From assembly GCA_032718475.1 (NCBI GenBank), contig JAUCBJ010000730.1:1-40479 (forward strand): a stretch of DNA of 40,479 bases. Reading direction: 5' to 3'. Below, piece by piece: positions 38,835 to 40,479 of the stretch. Origin of the DNA: Nemertoderma westbladi. Its lineage: Eukaryota > Animalia > Xenacoelomorpha. Position numbers and translations under genes: made by a program. The notes under the pieces were generated by a model. It saw only the letters and a program-made list of their open reading frames with translations. It was not told the DNA's origin and ran no database searches. Within the stretch, counting starts at the first letter, position 1; the number at the start of each line of letters is the position of its first letter.

Positions 38835-39197
38835 CTAGGATATAAGTTCCCTTCCAGGATCTAAGTTCATATGCAGGATCTAAGTTCGCTTCCACCATCT
38901 AAGTTCGGATCTAGGTTTTAAGTTCGCTTCCAGGACCTAAGTTCACATTGCTTTCGGACCTAAGTTCACATCTAGGATCTATGTTCACGTTGCTTTCGGA
39001 TCTAAGTTCGTATCTAGGATAAGTTTGCTTCCAGGATCTAAGTTTGGATCTAGGATCTAATTTCACAAACTTCCAGGAACTAAGTTCGCTTCCAGGATCT
39101 AACTTGATGTTAAGGTGATTTGATACTGACAGACAGAAACAAGGTTTCAATAGTGCATCTCTTATCTAAGCTTGATAACTTCGTGGTTCGCCCCACT
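38835..39197 (-). mobile_element. Helentron/DINE-like terminus followed by diverged 19-bp monomers
   Basis: 39177-39196 aacttcgtggttcgccccac is 19/20 identical to the element end at 5770-5789. The 19-bp monomers occupy 38835-39103. Confidence 0.6.
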
Positions 39198-39289
39198 CCA
39201 CTACTGCCCTTGCTTGGATCCACATAATTAATGTACAAATCATCTCCAATTGCATTAATTGCAATATAATTCATTTAACCGGAATTTAT

Positions 39290-39896
39290 CGCCAGATTTA
39301 TTAAAATAGAGGTCCAGTAATCCATTAAAATAATATCATAATATACAAATATACGCGAATAATTATTATTACAGACACAAATCAATATTATTATATTATC
39401 ATATAAAAATAAATGTAGAAAATAAATACACACAATTAATTAATTATGCACAATATACAGGGAGAAATAGCCGTACTCATGTTTTGAAAGCTGAGTGGGC
39501 TTTTGTTCACAATGGGAGATCAAAGTTTCAACCAAGTAACCAATAGGTTCAATGGGCCTCACAAAAGTCATTGAATACGATATCGTATATCCATACGACA
39601 CGTTAACCTATCCTAAAGGTCACCAATAGCAGGAGCTTCCGGTTGACGTCACTCGTTTGATCACAATCGGGGCCAAGCATCAAGAACTCGAACCAAAATA
39701 CGGCTCGAGGTCAAACTTAAGCCAACCAATAACAGTAGGTCCCCAAACGGAAAATCGACTGCCATGGCCAGAGGTACCAACCTCTCCGCCACAGTGAAAT
39801 CAGGGCACACAGAATCCAAGGAAGCTCGGTTGGGTGAGGACTGGCTTCCAACCATGCCTATGCAAGGGCCGAGACCCATGTACTTTAATTATAACA
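39290..39896 (-). mobile_element. Possible partial LTR
   Basis: Right boundary ...ATAACA (TGTTAT on minus), a GC-richer segment with CCAAT/TGACGTCA motifs and a minus-strand AATAAA near 39300. No TSD or second end confirmed. Confidence 0.25.
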
Positions 39897-40479
39897 TCAC
39901 CTCGAGTTCTGTGTACGCCATACTGCACATTGAAATAATATGATTAATTAAAGGTGCATCTATATGACTGACACTTAAAAAACGGTAAATTTTAAAAATT
40001 TGCATTTCTAAAGTGACTCTAAAAATCGGAAATATATTTTTTCAGACATCGATTGGCATTACTTCATTCTATGTAACTATATTGTTATAGACAACAGGGA
40101 TTGTGGCATATTTTTATTGTCAGATAATGGGAGATTTAATAAAACAATAAAATATCATGTAGTCTGCCCTCTTTAGTCTAGCAAATTCAAATTATTTACA
40201 GAAGACTACATTTGTAGTGCTTGGGCACTACATAGTGATTGATACTTTTAGACACAATCTGTGTGATACTGTACCAGCTGACCAGAGGTACCGGTACCCA
40301 GAATATTACTACAGTATGGCCTGACAGTACTGCAGTAGGTACTACACCTTCCACTGTCAGACTGTACCACTTTCCTAATGCAGGAGTTACTGGTACCTGT
40401 ACAGCAGTAACAATACAGCAATAGGCTACACTAGCCCGCTAACATTCCAGTACTCTGCGTTGATACCACTGCTTACTTT

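Overview
Repeat-dense eukaryotic DNA (GT-AG introns, AT-rich, probably an invertebrate animal) with no recognisable housekeeping gene. The window is a nest of mobile elements. (1) An internally deleted CR1/L2-group LINE with a poly(A) tail. (2) A hAT-like transposase fragment. (3) Two copies of a short Helentron/DINE-like element, plus a related terminus next to a ~7.9 kb 19-bp satellite. (4) A solo LTR with a 5-bp TSD. (5) A two-ended 11.7 kb CACTA/EnSpm (CMC) element (13469-25175, 13-bp TIRs, TA TSD) inserted into one of two copies of another repeat. It has lost most of its transposase but keeps an apparently intact 3-exon, 498-aa SAM-domain (SAMD3-like) gene, followed almost immediately by a 6.8 kb satellite. 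The least explained signal is a pair of diverged, homologous multi-exon genes (minus 4968-7228, plus 28789-29981). They encode a protein I do not recognise, with GIxVGxFIxIxEP and CxGxxCRG-x5/6-CPC...FxSxxFT motifs and shared intron positions. Both are disrupted, and one is fused in frame to the hAT fragment. All family assignments come from reading motifs by eye; no database search was run.
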